Shown in pieces: positions 10,317 through 20,115 of a DNA stretch of 64,000 nucleotides. Under the pieces are notes generated by a model. It worked only from the letters and a program-made list of their open reading frames with translations. It searched no databases and had not been told where the DNA came from. Within the stretch, counting starts at the first letter, position 1. The number at the start of each line of letters is the position of its first letter. The position numbers and the translations under genes were made by a program. This stretch comes from an uncultured Erysipelotrichaceae bacterium (GTDB lineage: Bacteria; Bacillota_I; Bacilli_A; RFN20; CAG-288), in the NCBI GenBank assembly GCA_902772915.1, contig CACYCE010000022.1:98353-162352 (forward strand). Reading direction: 5' to 3'.

Positions 10317-12388
10317 AAAATGTACCTATCCCAAATGGTAGGATTCATTTCATCGTCGTAATGCCAATACCATTTAGATGAACCTCTCAAGGCGTTAATT
10401 TGCACTGAGTTAGGTTCGTTTTCTGAATAGAAATATTTGATAATTGACATATTATCTTTACCACCGACATTAATTAATTCATCATCAATTTGAGTGCTTA
10501 AAGGTAAAGTTCTAGAACTACTTAATTGTTTATTAATATCGGTAGATAAAGTATAAATATCACAATTATTAGCTTTATCAAACATCCACCTGCCAGTAAA
10601 ATAATCAAAATTTTCACCTATAATTATAGATTTTAAAGAAGAACAATTTTGGAACATAAAAGGTGCACCGAATCTAGTTAAGTGTGAAGGTAGTATAACG
10701 CATTCTAAATTACTGCAATTTTTAAAAGCGTTGTTAGAATAATTAGCTATATATTTATCATTTAAGTTGTAAGCTTTACTTAAATCCACCTTTTTAATAA
10801 AAGTTTCATTTTCAAAGGCTCCAGTGTAGATATTATCCAAGCCTTTAGAGTAATTGAAATGAGTAATTGGACATGTATTTACTGAAGTATATTGATATTC
10901 AGAATCGATAACTAAATTTTTAATTTTGCCATAATAATTTATCTTGTCAGTTTTGCCTTTAATAGTTCCTATACCATTAATAATACCAACAGTATTCGTA
11001 CTATTATCTAAAACTTTAGGTAGGATACCTACACAATTAGGATCCACTTCATAAGTGTTAATAAATTCCGGCCTTAAAGTAAATTCACCATATTTATTTT
11101 TGAAATATTCTAAAGGTAAGGAAAAATCAAAATAAGAAGTATTATCACCTAAGAAATAATTACCGGTAAATTCCCATATATAGCCATCTAAATAGATAGG
11201 AGTAATTTCAGGTTTATTTAAATATCCTTTGTAACTAGCTATTTGAGAAGGATATTCTTTGATAGTTAAAGAATTATCCAGATATCTCATGTTTGCCCAG
11301 TTTGAATCTTTTTTATCTACAAAATTGAAAGAATACTCATTTTTAATTTGTGTGAATATAGGATAATATTCACAATCTTGCGTAATATATTCATTAGCCT
11401 TATCGAAGGTTTTAAATATATAAGAATATTCATCATTAGATGCTTTTTCAGTAAGTTTACCTGCTTGGGATATTTCTGTGTTGTCAAGATTATCGTTATA
11501 AGGTTTGTAATAAGTTTTAATAACTTCATTATTCACAGTACCTTTTTCATGTTTGTACATTTTAACTTCGTAGTATGCTGCATCCATTGCATATTCAGCT
11601 ATAAAAGTAATGTTTTTATTAATAAGAGGAGTGGTACTAGGATCAACATTCCACCCTTTAAAGGTATAAGTAAATTTATCGCTCTTTCTAGAAGGTATAG
11701 TCCCTGAATAGGTAGCAAACTTATCTTTACCAGCTTCTAATTTAGTAAATGATTGTAGAAGAGAATTATCATAATTTAAGAATTTAACATCACAGTGAGT
11801 TAAAACATTTTTAAAATGAGCTTCTAAATCAATATCGTATGTAATCGACGTTAAATCCACAAAAAATGGTTCGATAGATTTGTCACCTTTATAAATCCAA
11901 CCATCAAAAATATAATCATAATAATCATCATTAGGTTTATTAGGCTCTACACCTGTATAGGTTATTGAACCATTATATGTAGTTTTACTGCTTTGGACTA
12001 AAAAATCGTCAATGTAAAAATTGACTGAATATAATTTATCTTCTTCTGTAAATTCAGGATAAAAATCTATTCTTGACCCACTTACATTAGTTAGAGGTTT
12101 ATCCCATCCGCTAAATGCATAAATATGCTCTAAAGTGGATTGTTTAGTAGGGGTCTTACCTTGGTAAGTAACATTAGTTCCACTAGTGACGATTGTGTTA
12201 TATAAAACAGTCTTTTTATCTACATCATAAAAGTAACAAGAAGTATACTTCAAAACAGACTCACTAATAGAGGAATTACTAGAAGGGAAAACTGAACTTG
12301 TTTTAGTATTGCAGGAAGTGAGAATTAATGAAAATGATAATAATGGTAATATCTTTCCAAATTTCAGCATTGTAATATTATTATACAT
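10313..12388 (-). CDS. surface lipoprotein with Listeria-Bacteroides-type repeats and a C-terminal BspA-like leucine-rich repeat domain
   Basis: Lipobox LTSC. Recurrent Y-x-F-x-GW motifs (YAFSGWDKP, YIFDGWIYKG, YTFKGWNVDP). C-terminal block (AFKNCSNLECVILPSHLTRFGAPFMFQNCSSLKSIIIGENF) looks like BspA/LRR_5 repeats. Sits convergent to atpC, with the stops overlapping by 4 nt. Confidence 0.6.
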   Translation of the reverse strand: MYNNITMLKFGKILPLLSFSLILTSCNTKTSSVFPSSNSSISESVLKYTSCYFYDVDKKTVLYNTIVTSGTNVTYQGKTPTKQSTLEHIYAFSGWDKPLTNVSGSRIDFYPEFTEEDKLYSVNFYIDDFLVQSSKTTYNGSITYTGVEPNKPNDDYYDYIFDGWIYKGDKSIEPFFVDLTSITYDIDLEAHFKNVLTHCDVKFLNYDNSLLQSFTKLEAGKDKFATYSGTIPSRKSDKFTYTFKGWNVDPSTTPLINKNITFIAEYAMDAAYYEVKMYKHEKGTVNNEVIKTYYKPYNDNLDNTEISQAGKLTEKASNDEYSYIFKTFDKANEYITQDCEYYPIFTQIKNEYSFNFVDKKDSNWANMRYLDNSLTIKEYPSQIASYKGYLNKPEITPIYLDGYIWEFTGNYFLGDNTSYFDFSLPLEYFKNKYGEFTLRPEFINTYEVDPNCVGILPKVLDNSTNTVGIINGIGTIKGKTDKINYYGKIKNLVIDSEYQYTSVNTCPITHFNYSKGLDNIYTGAFENETFIKKVDLSKAYNLNDKYIANYSNNAFKNCSNLECVILPSHLTRFGAPFMFQNCSSLKSIIIGENFDYFTGRWMFDKANNCDIYTLSTDINKQLSSSRTLPLSTQIDDELINVGGKDNMSIIKYFYSENEPNSVQINALRGSSKWYWHYDDEMNPTIWDRYIF

Positions 12389-12806
12389 AAACGCTTAGAA
12401 GCTTTTACATTATTTTAGAATCGACATTTATCATTATTTTTAAGCCGGTTTGACGTGTTTTGACGTCAAAAATGATATTTTAGAAATTGATATTTTTCTA
12501 AATAAGATAATATTTACTAAACTTTTTGAATTATTCATCGGTTTTTAAGCTTAATAATTGTTGGTTAAAGGCCTAAAAATAGATATTTTGCTTGCACATA
12601 TATTTATATATGTGATATCTTAATTAAGCGTCTGGGCTACTTTACCAGATGCAATGGTCACGCCATGGATTGTTGTAGGCTAGTCCTCTTGTCTTAGATA
12701 GCGATGATTCTCTTCACCTATCAAATATTAATTAACAAGAAGTGAACGCTTAGACAATTGGGCCTATTAAAGAAGTGGCGGATGTATAACAAATGGAGGT
12801 TCTATA

Positions 12807-13901
12807 ATGAACGAAGAAGAAGTAAAGGTTACTGAAACCGCGGTTGAAACCGAAAATCAGGTCGCTCCTGAGACTGTTCAGGAAGATAGCATGGCTAGTT
12901 TAATTCACGATCCTAGTCAACCTGTCGTTTCCGTTAAGGAATTATTAGCTGTTGGTGCCCACTTTGGACACATGACCCGTTCTTGGGCTCCTGCTTTTAA
13001 ACCTTACATTTACACTGCTAGAGCTGGTATCCACATCATCAACTTAGATATCACTGCTCAAAAGATCGCTGAAGCCTATGCCGCTTTAAAAGACATCGTC
13101 TCTAAAGGTGGTAAAGTCTTATTCGTCGGTACTAAGAAACAAGCTGCTGACGCTGTCATTGAAGAAGCCGTAAGATCTGGTTCCTTCTATGTCAATTCCA
13201 GATGGTTAGGTGGAACCTTAACTAATTTTAAAGTTATTTCCACTCGTGCTAAATTATTAAAATCCTTAGAACAATTAGAAATCGATGGTGTCTACGACAC
13301 TATGCCTAAGAAACAAGCTATCGAATCTAAAAAGACTCAAACTAAGTTAGCTGAAACCTTAGAAGGTATCAAGGAAATGAGAAAGTTACCTGATGCTATG
13401 GTCGTCGTTGATCCTGCTGAAGAACATAACGCTGTTCACGAAGCTCTCTTAAAGAAGATTCCTGTCTTCGCTTTAGTTGGTTCTAACACCGATCCTAGAG
13501 GTATAACTTATCCTATCCCTTGTAACGATGATTCTCCTAAGACCATCAAATTCATCTTAGGTTTATTAGCTGATGCTGTTGTTGAAGGTAAGGGTGGAGA
13601 TGTCGCTTACGCTTACATTAAAGAAGATGGCAACACCGCTCAATTCAACGAAGTCATCAAAGGTATTGACAAGATGGATGAAATCCGTCAAATCAAGATG
13701 AGAATTAAAGAAGATCAATATTTAGCTAGACAAGCTAAGAAGGTCTTAAAGAAGGGTCAAAGATTAAGAAAGAAAGCTGCCTCCCCTAAGAAATATACTC
13801 CTCGTCCTAAGAAGCAAGCTGCTCCTGCTGAAGAAGCTAAAGCTGAAGAAGTTAAAGTTGCCGCTCCTGCCGCTGAGGAAAAGGCTGAAGAGGTTAAATA
13901 A
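12807..13901 (+). CDS. rpsB: 30S ribosomal protein S2 with unusual N- and C-terminal extensions
   Basis: Conserved S2 core starts near aa 43 (VKELLAVGAHFGH...). C-terminal ~60 aa is a K/A/P/E-rich tail (KKAASPKKYTPRPKKQAAPAEEAKAEEVKVAAPAAEEKAEEVK). GGAGG RBS lies 7 nt before ATG 12807. An alternative start is ATG 12891 (MASLIHD...) with an AGGAAG RBS. Confidence 0.9.
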   Translation: MNEEEVKVTETAVETENQVAPETVQEDSMASLIHDPSQPVVSVKELLAVGAHFGHMTRSWAPAFKPYIYTARAGIHIINLDITAQKIAEAYAALKDIVSKGGKVLFVGTKKQAADAVIEEAVRSGSFYVNSRWLGGTLTNFKVISTRAKLLKSLEQLEIDGVYDTMPKKQAIESKKTQTKLAETLEGIKEMRKLPDAMVVVDPAEEHNAVHEALLKKIPVFALVGSNTDPRGITYPIPCNDDSPKTIKFILGLLADAVVEGKGGDVAYAYIKEDGNTAQFNEVIKGIDKMDEIRQIKMRIKEDQYLARQAKKVLKKGQRLRKKAASPKKYTPRPKKQAAPAEEAKAEEVKVAAPAAEEKAEEVK

Positions 13902-13903
13902 TT

Positions 13904-14800
13904 ATGGCTTCCCAAATTGAATTAATTAAAGTTCTTAGAGAAAGAACTGGTGCGGGTTTGATGGATTGCAAAACCGCCTTACTCGAAAACGATAACGATA
14001 TTGAAAAAGCTGTCACTTGGTTGAGAGAAAAAGGTATCGCTAAACAAGCTAAGAAAGCTGGCAGAATCGCTGCTGAAGGTTTAACTGGCTTAAAAGTTGA
14101 AGGTGATAAAGCGGTCATCGTCGAAGTTAACTGTGAAACTGATTTTGTCGCTAGAAACGAAAACTTCATTAACTTAGTTAAAGAAACTACTGAAGTTGCT
14201 TATGCTTCTAACGCCACTAATGTTGAAGAATTATTAGAGCAAAAGAATGCTAATGGCGTTACTATCGCTTCCTTATTCGATGATGCCGGTATCAAAATTA
14301 GAGAAAAATTATCTTTAAGAAGAGTTGTTGTTATCAATAAGAAACCTGAACAAGTCTTCGGTTCTTACGTCCATATGAAGGGTCAAATCTCTTCTGTAGT
14401 CATCTTAAATGGTGGCGATACTCAATTAGCTAACGAAATGGCTATGTGCGTCGTCTCCGACAATCCTTCTTACGCTTCTATTGAAGAAGTTAACCAAGAA
14501 GAATTAGCTAAAGAAAAAGAAGTTCAATTAGTCGCTGCCAACAACGATCCTAAGTTCGCTTCTAAACCCGAAGCTATCAAAGAGAAGATCATCGAAGGAA
14601 AGGTTCAAAAACATTTCCAAGACCAAGTCTTCACTTTCCAAGAATATGTCCTTGATCCTTCTAAGACCATCGGACAAGTTCTCAAAGAAAAGAACGCTTC
14701 TGTCGTTAGCTTCTGCAAGATTCAAGTCGGTGAAGGCATCGAAAAGAGACAAGATGATTTCGCTGCTGAAGTCGCCGCTCAAGTCTCTGCTTCTAAGTAA
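13904..14800 (+). CDS. tsf: elongation factor Ts
   Basis: N-terminal UBA-like IKVLRERTGAGLMDCKTAL and conserved EVNCETDFVARNE block. 2-nt gap after rpsB. Confidence 0.95.
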   Translation: MASQIELIKVLRERTGAGLMDCKTALLENDNDIEKAVTWLREKGIAKQAKKAGRIAAEGLTGLKVEGDKAVIVEVNCETDFVARNENFINLVKETTEVAYASNATNVEELLEQKNANGVTIASLFDDAGIKIREKLSLRRVVVINKKPEQVFGSYVHMKGQISSVVILNGGDTQLANEMAMCVVSDNPSYASIEEVNQEELAKEKEVQLVAANNDPKFASKPEAIKEKIIEGKVQKHFQDQVFTFQEYVLDPSKTIGQVLKEKNASVVSFCKIQVGEGIEKRQDDFAAEVAAQVSASK

Positions 14801-14818
14801 TCTTAATTAGAGATTAAT

Positions 14819-14851
14819 AACCGCTTTATTTCAAAAATAAGGCGGTTTTTT
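14819..14851 (+). terminator. rho-independent terminator of rpsB-tsf
   Basis: AACCGCTTTA-tttcaaaaa-TAAGGCGGTT stem-loop followed by TTTTTT. Confidence 0.7.
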
Positions 14852-15211
14852 GATGCTGAAAGTAAAGAACTTTTTAATAAAAACTTATGTTTGATAATTA
14901 TAGAAATTGAGAAGGCATTATATTTAGAAGAGCATAGAAGTTAATGCCAGTAAGTAATTTGAAAAATTGCAGTTGCATATCAGAATTTAATCGATTTTCC
15001 ATTAAAAAAACAATTATATCTTAATTAAATGTATATGATTAATTTCGAATACAAAAAATATTTAAAGAAATTATTTTAAAAAAATATTCAATATTTTTGC
15101 AATATAGTATGATTAATCTAAAGGGAGAATAATAGTAATTAGAAATTCAACTCAATTCGCAAAATACTATGATGGTTCAATACATTACTTTAATTAGGAA
15201 GGAGATTAATT

Positions 15212-15985
15212 ATGAATAATATAAAAAAGGGAAATAATATATTTTATATTTCATCTTTATTGCTACTTACTTTAATTAATTTTTTTGTTGTTGCAGCTCA
15301 AAAATTATTCAGCGGTAATTTTCACATTTTACTTATTGTCGGTCTTGTTTTAGCTATCTTATTAACAGCAGTTTTAATTCTATATTTTATTGGTGAAGAT
15401 AATTCTCAAAAGGGATATTTTAAATGTATTTCTTCTTTTGTATTTTCTATTATCAATATAGTTATTATGGTAGTTTCTTACTTTAGATATTTATATACAT
15501 ATTCATTTTATATATCTCTAGTAATTGCAGCGATGTTATTAATTAAGAGTGTAAGTTTGTATTTAAATACTAAGAAAAACGTCAATGTTAAATATGTATT
15601 TTCTATAAGTTTTCTAGTAGCTTCTTTATTAATCTTTATCGAAATGGTTACCCATTTTATTTTGAAAAGAAGTATGGGCGAACAAAATACATTTGTCGCT
15701 GAGCCTTTAGGAATTGTTTATTACATAATTGTATCTCTATCTTTAGCATCAATCTCATTTTTCAAACCTGAAGACAACATAGTAGATAACATTATATTAT
15801 TTGCTACTTCGTTAACTTGTTTAATTATAGGAATATTATTCTTTGCTAACGTCTTTACTTTCACCATATTAGAAATGATGGAATTTGAATTAGCTTTACC
15901 TGTAGTAATAGCAATATTATGCTATTCAGGATTTAAATTATTTAAAGCTGTTAAATTAAAAGAATCTAAGAAAGAAACAAATTAA
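15212..15985 (+). CDS. hypothetical polytopic membrane protein
   Basis: 257 aa, about 7 hydrophobic helices, no recognisable motif. AGGAAGGAG RBS. Confidence 0.5.
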   Translation: MNNIKKGNNIFYISSLLLLTLINFFVVAAQKLFSGNFHILLIVGLVLAILLTAVLILYFIGEDNSQKGYFKCISSFVFSIINIVIMVVSYFRYLYTYSFYISLVIAAMLLIKSVSLYLNTKKNVNVKYVFSISFLVASLLIFIEMVTHFILKRSMGEQNTFVAEPLGIVYYIIVSLSLASISFFKPEDNIVDNIILFATSLTCLIIGILFFANVFTFTILEMMEFELALPVVIAILCYSGFKLFKAVKLKESKKETN

Positions 15986-15988
15986 AAA

Positions 15989-16025
15989 ATATGTGGTGTA
16001 TTATTTATAACACCACATATTTTTA
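15989..16025. terminator. bidirectional rho-independent terminator between convergent genes
   Basis: Perfect inverted repeat ATATGTGGTGT-tattatttat-AACACCACATAT, flanked by A-run on the 5' side and T-run on the 3' side. Confidence 0.7.
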
Positions 16026-16062
16026 TTCTTGATTTTTCGTAAACTAACGAGAAAAGCGTTAA

Positions 16063-16929
16063 TTATTTATTCTTTTTTACAGGTCTTTTGAAATTAGAAT
16101 AATTATCTAAAAACGAGTGTAAACCATTAGAATCTTTGTATCCTACAACTTTATCTAAAACGACATTAGAATTAGCTTTAAAAATGTTTTTGGCGTAGTT
16201 GGGATTTTCTTGTTCTAACTTAGCAATTAACATTTTTGTTTTATATCTTTCACTTTCTTTTTCTTTATAGGCGGTCTCAGTAAATTTACACGCGCATTGT
16301 AAGAAGTGTAAGTTGTTATACTTAGCCCAGGAAATGATATCCCTTTCTCTGATGTAATACAAAGGTCTTATCAATTCCATATTGTCGTAATTATCAGAGT
16401 GAACTTTAGGTAGCATGGTTTGAAAGGAACCCGCGTTAATCATGTTCATTAAAGTGGTTTCTATAACATCATCGTAATGGTGACCTAAAGCGATTTTATT
16501 ACAACCCATATCTTGAGCGAGGCGATATAAAGCCCCTCTTCTCATCTTGGCACATAGATAACAAGGGGAGTGATCTTGTATATAGGCAATTTCAAATATA
16601 TTTGTAGAAATAATTTCAGCGGGAATACCTAATATTGCGACATTGTGTTTTATTAAATCTATATTTTCTTTGTTATAGCCAGGATTCATCACTAGATATT
16701 TAATTGCAACTTTAGGATTGACATGGGCTTGGTAAAGCATGAAGCATTTAGCTAGTAACATTGAATCTTTTCCACCAGAAATACAAACGCAAATCTTATC
16801 GTTTTCGTCGATTAATTGATAGTCGTAGATAGCTGCTAAGAACTTCTTCCAAATATCGTGCTTGTATTTGGTGGTGATTATTCTTGCAACAGGATCTTTA
16901 ATTACTCTCTTTTTTGTTAATTCGTCCAT
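16063..16929 (-). CDS. ttcA: tRNA 2-thiocytidine(32) synthetase TtcA-family PP-loop ATPase
   Basis: PP-loop SGGKDS and the TtcA block CYLCAKMRRGALYRLAQDMGCNKIALGHHYDDVIETTLMNM, which closely parallels E. coli TtcA ([32 protein letters not shown]...). Confidence 0.8.
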   Translation of the reverse strand: MDELTKKRVIKDPVARIITTKYKHDIWKKFLAAIYDYQLIDENDKICVCISGGKDSMLLAKCFMLYQAHVNPKVAIKYLVMNPGYNKENIDLIKHNVAILGIPAEIISTNIFEIAYIQDHSPCYLCAKMRRGALYRLAQDMGCNKIALGHHYDDVIETTLMNMINAGSFQTMLPKVHSDNYDNMELIRPLYYIRERDIISWAKYNNLHFLQCACKFTETAYKEKESERYKTKMLIAKLEQENPNYAKNIFKANSNVVLDKVVGYKDSNGLHSFLDNYSNFKRPVKKNK

Positions 16930-17135
16930 GATTTAAATTATTTGAGTTCTAGAAAAATATATCAACTTTTAAAGTGCACTTAAATAGAAATGAATTAAAA
17001 GATAGTAAAAAAATGATGAAAACCAAAAAACATCAGTGAAAATAACCTAATATTTAATATATATTTAATATATTAAGTTGTTTACTTTCTTACATTGTGC
17101 GAAAATAAAGACGGTAAAATTAACAAGGGGGAAAT

Positions 17136-17855
17136 ATGAAATATCAAAGGGTTCTTGTTAAATTGTCTGGCGAAGCATTAAAAGATGAAGAGTCTAATTC
17201 GATTCTTTCTGGAGATAAATTAGGCGATATTGCTTCAGTCATTAAAGAATTAGTTATTAAAGGTGTACAAGTTTGCATCGTTGTTGGAGCGGGTAATATC
17301 TGGAGAGGGAAACTCGCTGAAAGTTTATCTCTAGATGCTGCTAAAGCTGATCAAATGGGTATGTTAGGAACCATAATTAACGCTCTAGCAATTTGCGAGA
17401 CACTTAAGAATCAGGGAATGAAATCCACAGTCTTCTCAAGTGTAGAAGTCGAACATATGGTCGCTCCTTTCTCCCTAGATAAAGCTAGAAAGAAATTAGA
17501 AAAAGGCGAAGTAGTAGTCTTCGCTGGAGGAACAGGTAATCCTTTCTTTACTACTGATACCTGCGCTGCCTTAAGGGCTAAAGAAATGCAATGCGATGCG
17601 ATATTGATGGGAAAAAATGGTGTCGAAGGAGTTTATTCTGACGACCCTAGAGTAAATAAGAACGCTCAATTATTAAAAGATTTATCTTTCGATGAAGTCT
17701 TAGATAGAAATCTCAAAGTTATGGATGGTACAGCTGTTTCCTTACTTAGAGATTCAGATATTATCATCAGAGTCTTCTCGATGGGAGAACCTAGCAATTT
17801 TGTTAAAGTCGTCGAAGGACAAAATATTGGAACTACAATTCACAAAGGAGAATAA
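17136..17855 (+). CDS. pyrH: UMP kinase
   Basis: YQRVLVKLSGEAL... and GGTGNPFFTTDTCAALRA blocks typical of PyrH. Followed by frr, as in Firmicutes. Confidence 0.95.
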   Translation: MKYQRVLVKLSGEALKDEESNSILSGDKLGDIASVIKELVIKGVQVCIVVGAGNIWRGKLAESLSLDAAKADQMGMLGTIINALAICETLKNQGMKSTVFSSVEVEHMVAPFSLDKARKKLEKGEVVVFAGGTGNPFFTTDTCAALRAKEMQCDAILMGKNGVEGVYSDDPRVNKNAQLLKDLSFDEVLDRNLKVMDGTAVSLLRDSDIIIRVFSMGEPSNFVKVVEGQNIGTTIHKGE

Positions 17856-17857
17856 AT

Positions 17858-18403
17858 ATGGAAGAAATCGTTGAATTATGCAATCAAGAAATGGATAAGG
17901 CTATCGAGTCTTTGAAATTCAATTTTAAAACAATCAGATCAGGAGTTGTTTCCGCTTCAGTCTTAGATAAGATTCAAGTTAATTATTACGGAGAAAAGAC
18001 TCCTATTAAATCTTTAGCATCTATCTCTTCTCCTGCTCCTACTCAATTATTGATCAAAGCCTTTGATCCTACTGCTGTTAAAGGTATCGCTGGAGCTATT
18101 GGTGAATCTGATTTAGGTGTCAATCCTGAAATTCAAGGTAACACCATCAGATTGAATTTCCCTCCTTTATCTGGAGATAGAAGAAAAGAAAATGCTAAAA
18201 TCGCTAAATCTTACGCTGATCAAGCTAAGGTCGCTATTAGAAATATCAGATCTAACTATGTATCTTCCGTTCAAAAAGATAAAGATTTATCTGAAGATAT
18301 GAAATTCAATCTCAAAGATGATTTACAAAAAGTTACTGATGCTCACAATAAAGAAGTCGATGCTTTATTTGCTCAAAAAGAAAAAGAATTATTAACTTTA
18401 TAA
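17858..18403 (+). CDS. frr: ribosome recycling factor
   Basis: 181 aa. RRF-like sequence (IRLNFPPLSGDRRKE, KDLSEDM...). 2-nt gap after pyrH. Confidence 0.92.
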   Translation: MEEIVELCNQEMDKAIESLKFNFKTIRSGVVSASVLDKIQVNYYGEKTPIKSLASISSPAPTQLLIKAFDPTAVKGIAGAIGESDLGVNPEIQGNTIRLNFPPLSGDRRKENAKIAKSYADQAKVAIRNIRSNYVSSVQKDKDLSEDMKFNLKDDLQKVTDAHNKEVDALFAQKEKELLTL

Positions 18404-18416
18404 TTTATCAAAGATT

Positions 18417-19166
18417 ATGTCCAATTCCGAAAATCAACCTTTTGCATTAACTAAAAAATTAGACCACATCGCTTTTATTATGGATGGAAACGGCAGATGG
18501 GCTCAAAATAGAAAACTCGTTCGTTCTCAAGGTCATAAAGCTGGAGTGGATAATGTCAAAACTATTTCGGATATTTGTTTTAAACGATACGGCATTAAAG
18601 TCGTTTCTTTATATGTCTTTTCAACCGAAAATTGGAATAGGCCTGATAAAGAAATTAAATATTTATTTAAGTTGCTCAAAGAATTCTTTAAAACGAACTT
18701 AAAACAATTCTTAGATGACGGGACTAAAATTTTAGTAAGCGGAGATTTAGAGGATTCTCGTATTCCTGACGATATCAAAGAAACCATTTTAGATTCTATT
18801 GAAAAAACTAAAGATTGTAAGAATTACATTTTCAATGTTCTTTTTAATTACGGGGGAAGAAGAGAATTAACTTACGCTGCTAAAAAAATCGCTTCAGAAG
18901 TTAAAGAAGGTAAATTAAATATCGATTCTATAGATGAAAATACAGTGAAATCTCATTTATATTCACCTCAATTACCCGATGTTGACCTTCTAGTCAGAAC
19001 AAGTGGAGAAAAGAGAATTTCAAACTGTTTATTGTGGGAATTAGCTTACGCTGAATTTAGTTTTCCTCAACCTTACTGGCCTGCTTTTACCCCTGAAGAT
19101 TTAGAGGAAGTACTTAAAGATTACTGCAATAGAAATAGAAGATATGGAGGGTTGAAAAATGAATAA
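18417..19166 (+). CDS. uppS: undecaprenyl diphosphate synthase
   Basis: Cis-prenyltransferase motifs HIAFIMDGNGRWA and SLYVFSTENWNRP, plus C-terminal RYGG. Confidence 0.93.
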   Translation: MSNSENQPFALTKKLDHIAFIMDGNGRWAQNRKLVRSQGHKAGVDNVKTISDICFKRYGIKVVSLYVFSTENWNRPDKEIKYLFKLLKEFFKTNLKQFLDDGTKILVSGDLEDSRIPDDIKETILDSIEKTKDCKNYIFNVLFNYGGRRELTYAAKKIASEVKEGKLNIDSIDENTVKSHLYSPQLPDVDLLVRTSGEKRISNCLLWELAYAEFSFPQPYWPAFTPEDLEEVLKDYCNRNRRYGGLKNE

Positions 19167-20115
19167 GCTATCAACTTCATCGAAGCATTCATTATTAATT
19201 AGAACCATTTCCGCTATAGTTCTTATAGCGATATTCATTCCTTGTGTTATTTTAGGCGGGTGGTTTTTCGTCGGAGCTATTATTGTTATCTCCGGGGCAT
19301 GCATTTATGAAATCTTAATTACAGGTGGTAAGAATAGATATCCTATATACATTTACCTAGTTTGTTTTATCGCTGACTTTTTAATGATATTTTGGCAATT
19401 CTTCGCTTCAGAAAGCGTAAGAGCCTCTATAGGTCAATACAATATTGTTTTAGATAATATTGCTATTTCACCTTTCATGATTGTCATTTTTTTCTTTGCG
19501 GTCTTCGTTACAGTTTTATTCTCTGAAAGATTCACTTTAGCCGATGGTTGTTATGTTTTCGCTATGAATTTATATATCTCATTATCAATGTTATCTTTGC
19601 TATATTTGAGATTTAGACCTGACGCTTATTATAACGGGAGTAAATTTATCGCTAGTTGCTTATTAATTGTCTATATGGCGGTAGGAGCTTTTATGAATGA
19701 TATAGGAGCTTATTTATTCGGTATTACTTTTGGTAAACACAAGATGTCTCCTCGTATCTCTCCTAATAAGACTTGGGAAGGATTCTTTGGAGGAATTTTC
19801 TGCTCTATATTGCTTTCTATGTTATTTGCATATTTCTTCGAATTAGGAGGATATCCAGTTTTACCTGGTATTATTTCTTACGCTGATAATAAGTGGGTAT
19901 GGATTTTAACTATTTCGTTAATTATCCCTATAGCTGGTGATTTTGGAGATTTGTTATTCTCCGCTATCAAAAGACATTACGGTATTAAAGATTTCTCCAA
20001 TTTAATTCCGGGTCATGGTGGATTTTTAGATAGATTCGATTCTATCACTTTCGTAGCGATGTTTTGCGCTACAGTTCTAGTATTGATCGAGAGAGGCTGG
20101 AGCGTAGTTATATGA
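19159..20115 (+). CDS. cdsA: phosphatidate cytidylyltransferase
   Basis: Multi-TM protein with CDS signature SPNKTWEGFFGG...GDLLFSAIKR...GHGGFLDRFDS. Stop is TGA, overlapping the dxr ATG. Confidence 0.9.
   Translation: MNKLSTSSKHSLLIRTISAIVLIAIFIPCVILGGWFFVGAIIVISGACIYEILITGGKNRYPIYIYLVCFIADFLMIFWQFFASESVRASIGQYNIVLDNIAISPFMIVIFFFAVFVTVLFSERFTLADGCYVFAMNLYISLSMLSLLYLRFRPDAYYNGSKFIASCLLIVYMAVGAFMNDIGAYLFGITFGKHKMSPRISPNKTWEGFFGGIFCSILLSMLFAYFFELGGYPVLPGIISYADNKWVWILTISLIIPIAGDFGDLLFSAIKRHYGIKDFSNLIPGHGGFLDRFDSITFVAMFCATVLVLIERGWSVVI

Noticed and set aside
12389-12806. SRP RNA, 6S RNA or tRNA gene in the long rpsB upstream spacer
   Set aside because: No SRP domain-IV motif (that is at 35872-35955 instead), and no tRNA T-loop (GGTTCGAWTCC) or anticodon-arm pattern was found. 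Kept only as an unexplained structured leader.
14852-15211. Small peptide ORFs (13-16 aa) and hairpin GGCATTA...TAATGCC in the 360-bp AT-rich spacer after tsf
   Set aside because: The ORFs lack RBSs and any conserved character. The hairpin has a 21-nt loop and no U-run. It most likely contains promoter and UP-element DNA for the downstream membrane-protein gene.
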